Below, one piece after another: positions 36,074-39,698 of a stretch of 39,698 bases of DNA (positions are counted from its first letter, which is position 1; each line of letters opens with the position of its first letter). This stretch comes from Octopus bimaculoides (taxonomy: Eukaryota). Both the position numbers and the translations under genes were made by a program. The stretch covers positions 97,876,549 to 97,916,246 of the forward strand of contig NC_068984.1 of NCBI RefSeq assembly GCF_001194135.2, given 5' to 3'. A model generated the notes under the pieces. That model had not been told where the DNA came from and searched no databases. It saw only the letters and a program-made list of their open reading frames with translations.

Positions 36074-36391
36074 TGTATGATACAGTACACTTCGGATAAT
36101 ATACCCACTCTATTGACAGATATACAAGTGCATCTTTTTCCTGACTTATGGACTTTTAGACGACTAATGTGCGTGTGGTGTGCGTTTATTATACACACAG
36201 ATATAGTACTTATATATATGTACATATACATACATATATAGATACACATGTATCCACACACTATGCTTTTATGCATATGTTTATATTTATATACACATAT
36301 ATATATACATATATGCAATATTTATATATATACACATACATCTTTAAATCTTTAAAGTTTCAGCTTTAAAGCTGCGGTAATAGTGGAGCAC

Positions 36392-36808
36392 CACAGTCGT
36401 GGCTGTGTGGTAAGAAGCTTGCTTTCCAACCACATGGTTCCGGATTCAGTCCCACTGTAAGGCACCGTGGGCAAGTGTCTTCTACTATAGCCACGGGCTG
36501 ACCAAAGCCTTGTGAGTGGATTTGGTAGACGGAAACTGAAAGAATTCTGTCTTATACATATACATGTATATAGGTGTGTGTTTGTATGTGTGTGTGTTCG
36601 TCCCCCTCCCACGCCATCTCTTGACAAACGATACTAATGTGTTTATGTCACCGTAACTTAGCGGTTTGACAAAAAAGGCCGATAGAATAAGTACCAGGCT
36701 CACAAAGAATAAATCCTGGGGTCGGTTTCTTAGACTGAAACCCTTTAAGGTGGTGCTCCACCATGGCGACAGTTAAATGACTGAAACAATTAAAAGATAA
36801 TAGAAGAA
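36392..36808 (+). mobile_element. SINE family A
   Basis: Full head and tail colinear with other copies. Confidence 0.9.
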
Positions 36809-36826
36809 TATATATATATATATACA

Positions 36827-36962
36827 TTATTTAAAAGCAGCAGAAATATAACAAAAAACTGTTACTCGGAGTTTCGCATTCCTATTCAGCAACTGTTCGA
36901 TGAACGGGAACGTGAAACTCCGAGTACCAGTTTTTTGTTATATTTCTGCTGCATTTAAATAA
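36827..36962. repeat. Palindrome (56-bp arms, 4 mismatches) between (TA)n tracts
   Basis: 36827-36882 is the reverse complement of 36907-36962. Confidence 0.92.
36891..36932 (+). ncRNA. Minimal type I hammerhead-like motif with an altered core
   Basis: aactgt TCGATGA acg-ggaa-cgt GAAA ct-ccg-ag TA ccagtt; core differs from CUGAUGA at positions 3 and 4. Confidence 0.55.
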
Positions 36963-37048
36963 AGCATATTACTCTCCCTCTGGTATTTGAGTACTCTTTT
37001 TTCCACCTTGTTGCACATTTATGTGCTCACTCCGGTATATATATATAC

Positions 37049-37382
37049 NNNNNNNNNNNNNNNNNNNNNNNNNNNNNNNNNNNNNNNNNNNNNNNNNNNN
37101 NNNNNNNNNNNNNNNNNNNNNNNNNNNNNNNNNNNNNNNNNNNNNNNNNNNNNNNNNNNNNNNNNNNNNNNNNNNNNNNNNNNNNNNNNNNNNNNNNNNN
37201 NNNNNNNNNNNNNNNNNNNNNNNNNNNNNNNNNNNNNNNNNNNNNNNNNNNNNNNNNNNNNNNNNNNNNNNNNNNNNNNNNNNNNNNNNNNNNNNNNNNN
37301 NNNNNNNNNNNNNNNNNNNNNNNNNNNNNNNNNNNNNNNNNNNNNNNNNNNNNNNNNNNNNNNNNNNNNNNNNNNNNNNNNN
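37049..37382. other. Assembly gap
   Basis: N run. Confidence 1.
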
Positions 37383-37481
37383 ACATACATTTCTTTTCGC
37401 TTTATCTGAAACTATTAGTAGCTCTTTTGTAATTGTGTATATTAAATGATATATACATGTACTTGAATGTACATAAACATA

Positions 37482-38498
37482 CAGGGTGCGGTGAATAAAC
37501 TGTTGTCTAAATTATACAGAAATGAAAATAACACTGACATCTCATTTTAACAGATATATTTACCAAAGTTGCATAAAAATATCCTGATATACTGAAGAGT
37601 ACATTTACTCAATAAAATCGCCATTGGCTTCCACCATGGCCTCCAGACGACTTTGGAATCTCCTGCAACTCTTCCGAGCGGTCTCCTTGTTTAAGTTGAT
37701 GAATGCTGCCATAATCCTTGCGTTCAGTTCATCTTTGGTGTTACAAGGAGTTTTGTTGGTCTCTCGCTCAACTGCTCCCCACACATAATAATCAAAAGGG
37801 TTGCAGTGTGAGGAATTTGGTGGCCAGATGTTAGGGCTGATGTGGTCGCAGAAATTGTCTCACGGCCATAACTGGCATCATCTGCTTATGTGGCATAGTG
37901 CAGAGTCCTGTTGCCAGACATAGGATCTTCCAGCAGCCACCCTCTTGACCCAGGACAGCACTACCTCTTCCAGGCACTTGATGTAGGCCTCTGTGATGAG
38001 TCTGAGGCCATGTGGGAGAAGACGAATGAAGGCATAATTTCGCAATCACTAGTGATCACTCTAAACACCATGATGTTGACTGAATGTCTGATTTTTATTA
38101 CTCTTGGTACATGCCCTCAGACTGCACTATCCTCAGATTGACATCCAAACACTCTGAAATATTCATACTAGAGCTTCTGGCATGAATACCAAGTAATACA
38201 ACATGTCTTTTCCAAATTTCTGGCAGAGCAAATTGCGTCATGGTGCTGATTTTCTCACAGACGGTGCCCAACTGACCCTATGGATCTTTCTGATTTGGCG
38301 GAGACCACTTGTTTTCTTAATGAAACACTTTCAAACTTGGGACACTGGTAGAATGTGTCATATAAAACATCTTTTACTCTTAGTGTTGTTGAGAAAAGCT
38401 TATATTTTTAAAGTTATTTCGTGTTAAAATCAAAAACAAACGATACACATGCGCAAAATTAAAAATATAAAACGATGACAATTTGCCCATTGCACCCT
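37482..38498 (-). mobile_element. DD37D (maT-like) transposon with both TIRs, internally deleted
   Basis: TA-cagggtgc...gcaccctg-TA; minus frame WQQDSA..(37 aa)..NPFDYYVWGAVERETNKTPCNTKDEL..RLEAMVEANGDFIE*. Confidence 0.92.
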
Positions 38499-38955
38499 GT
38501 ATATATGTACATGTATGTGTGTGTGTGTGTGCGCGCGCGCGCGCGCACGTGTGTACATAAATATAAATAAAAGCATTTTGGCTTTGCAAAGAATAGTTTG
38601 ACAGCTGCTTGCTCTGTATTTCTGACAATTTAATAGATTAAATGAAGGATTGATTAAATATGAATACTGCAATGTGCAGCACTTGCATTGTGGCAGGCTA
38701 TTCGAAAAACGTGTAAGTTAAATAAATCGTTCATAACACCTCTCCTTTCTTTGTTTTTCCTAATATACTTTGTGTCTAGTACACCTAGTATAACTGGTTT
38801 CCTATACTGGATTCACAAATTGTATCTGTTACGAAAGATGAACAATTTACACAGAATGGCATAAAACTAACCGGACAGGGAGTGCTTAAAGAGGCATTCG
38901 CCTGAATTTATTTATTCTTTACTTTCTTTATACATTCACATATATACATACATAT

Positions 38956-39632
38956 GGTGTGGCTGTGCAGTAAGAAGTTTGTTTTCCAATCACATGGTTC
39001 TAGGTTCAGTCCCACTGCGTGACATTTGTGTAAGTGTCTTCTACTATAGCTTTGAGCCAGCCAAAGCATTATGAGTGGATTTCGTACACAAAAACTGAAA
39101 GAAGCCCAGTGTGTGTGCGTGTGTGTGTCCTCTAACAAAACTTGACAACCAGTGTTCATGTACATATGTCTCCGTAACTTAGTGGTTCAGCAAAAGATTT
39201 TTGATAGAATAAGTACCAGCCTTAAAAAAATTTTTTCAAATGTACTGGGGTCAATTTGTTCAACTAAAATCCTTCAAGGTGGTGCCCAGCATACCTGCAG
39301 TCTTATTGACTGAAACAAGCGTGGTGTGTGCGTACAAGTAGATGTAATCGCCTTACCTCGGTTTTCCTTTCCTCGACTGCGAGTCCGTCTTGCGGTATCC
39401 GATCCTTGAAGCTTGCCCCGACCCAAGGTACACCAGGTATAGCAGCTGCTTCTCCCAAACCTTCCCAAACCTAGACCGTCGCTTAACACGTCTTGTCCTG
39501 ACCGCAGCCCCGTTCGAAAGGGGCACGAACGCCGATCGAGGCTCCCTCTGCCCTGTTTCCCCTTCTGGTCGACTCACCCTTCTGGTCAGCCTCCCCAGAC
39601 ACTGACGTCATACCACAACAAGTACAAAATAA
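38956..39632 (+). mobile_element. SINE family A, with its tail interrupted by an LTR-like insert
   Basis: Head at 38956; tail gactgaaacaag ... acaagtacaaaataag on either side of the insert. Confidence 0.85.
39320..39617. mobile_element. 298-bp GC-rich solo-LTR-like insertion with a 5-bp ACAAG target-site duplication
   Basis: ACAAG at 39315-39319 and 39618-39622; ends cgtggtgtg and cataccaca form an imperfect TG..CA-type inverted repeat. Confidence 0.7.
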
Positions 39633-39698
39633 GATATACATACATACATCTAATATAATAAATGTGAATGTCAGTGTGTCACACTTTTTCAACTTTAT

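Larger units (their letters stand above)
35801..36103. repeat. Palindrome (about 125-bp arms) enclosing a perfect 14-bp hairpin
   Basis: 35801-35926 is an imperfect reverse complement of 35980-36103; inner hairpin tgactgctctctat-aga-atagagagcagtca at 35926-35956. Confidence 0.92.

Overview
AT-rich, repeat-saturated eukaryotic DNA. The SINE, RTE and DD37D families and the dense microsatellites look like an octopus/cephalopod genome; this is inferred from recalled repeat consensi, not from a search. Six assembly gaps total about 3.4 kb, and I see no credible host-gene exon. Nearly all long ORFs in the track are artefacts of N-runs or microsatellites, or are pieces of decayed transposons. The window holds RTE LINE fragments, an R4/Dong-like LINE remnant, two Penelope-like elements (PLEs; RT plus GIY-YIG), a decayed Gypsy pol with a nested solo LTR, mariner and DD37D (maT) DNA transposons, a TTAA MITE and about 20 tRNA-type SINE pieces. 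The most notable signal is a set of long palindromes next to (TA)n tracts, several carrying type I hammerhead ribozyme (HHR) motifs. These include a twin, opposite-strand HHR pair at 35801-36103 and a U3-A8 compensatory-variant HHR at 28129-28166. They are best explained as minimal, inverted PLE terminal-repeat insertions. All ribozyme calls are by-eye folds and are untested.
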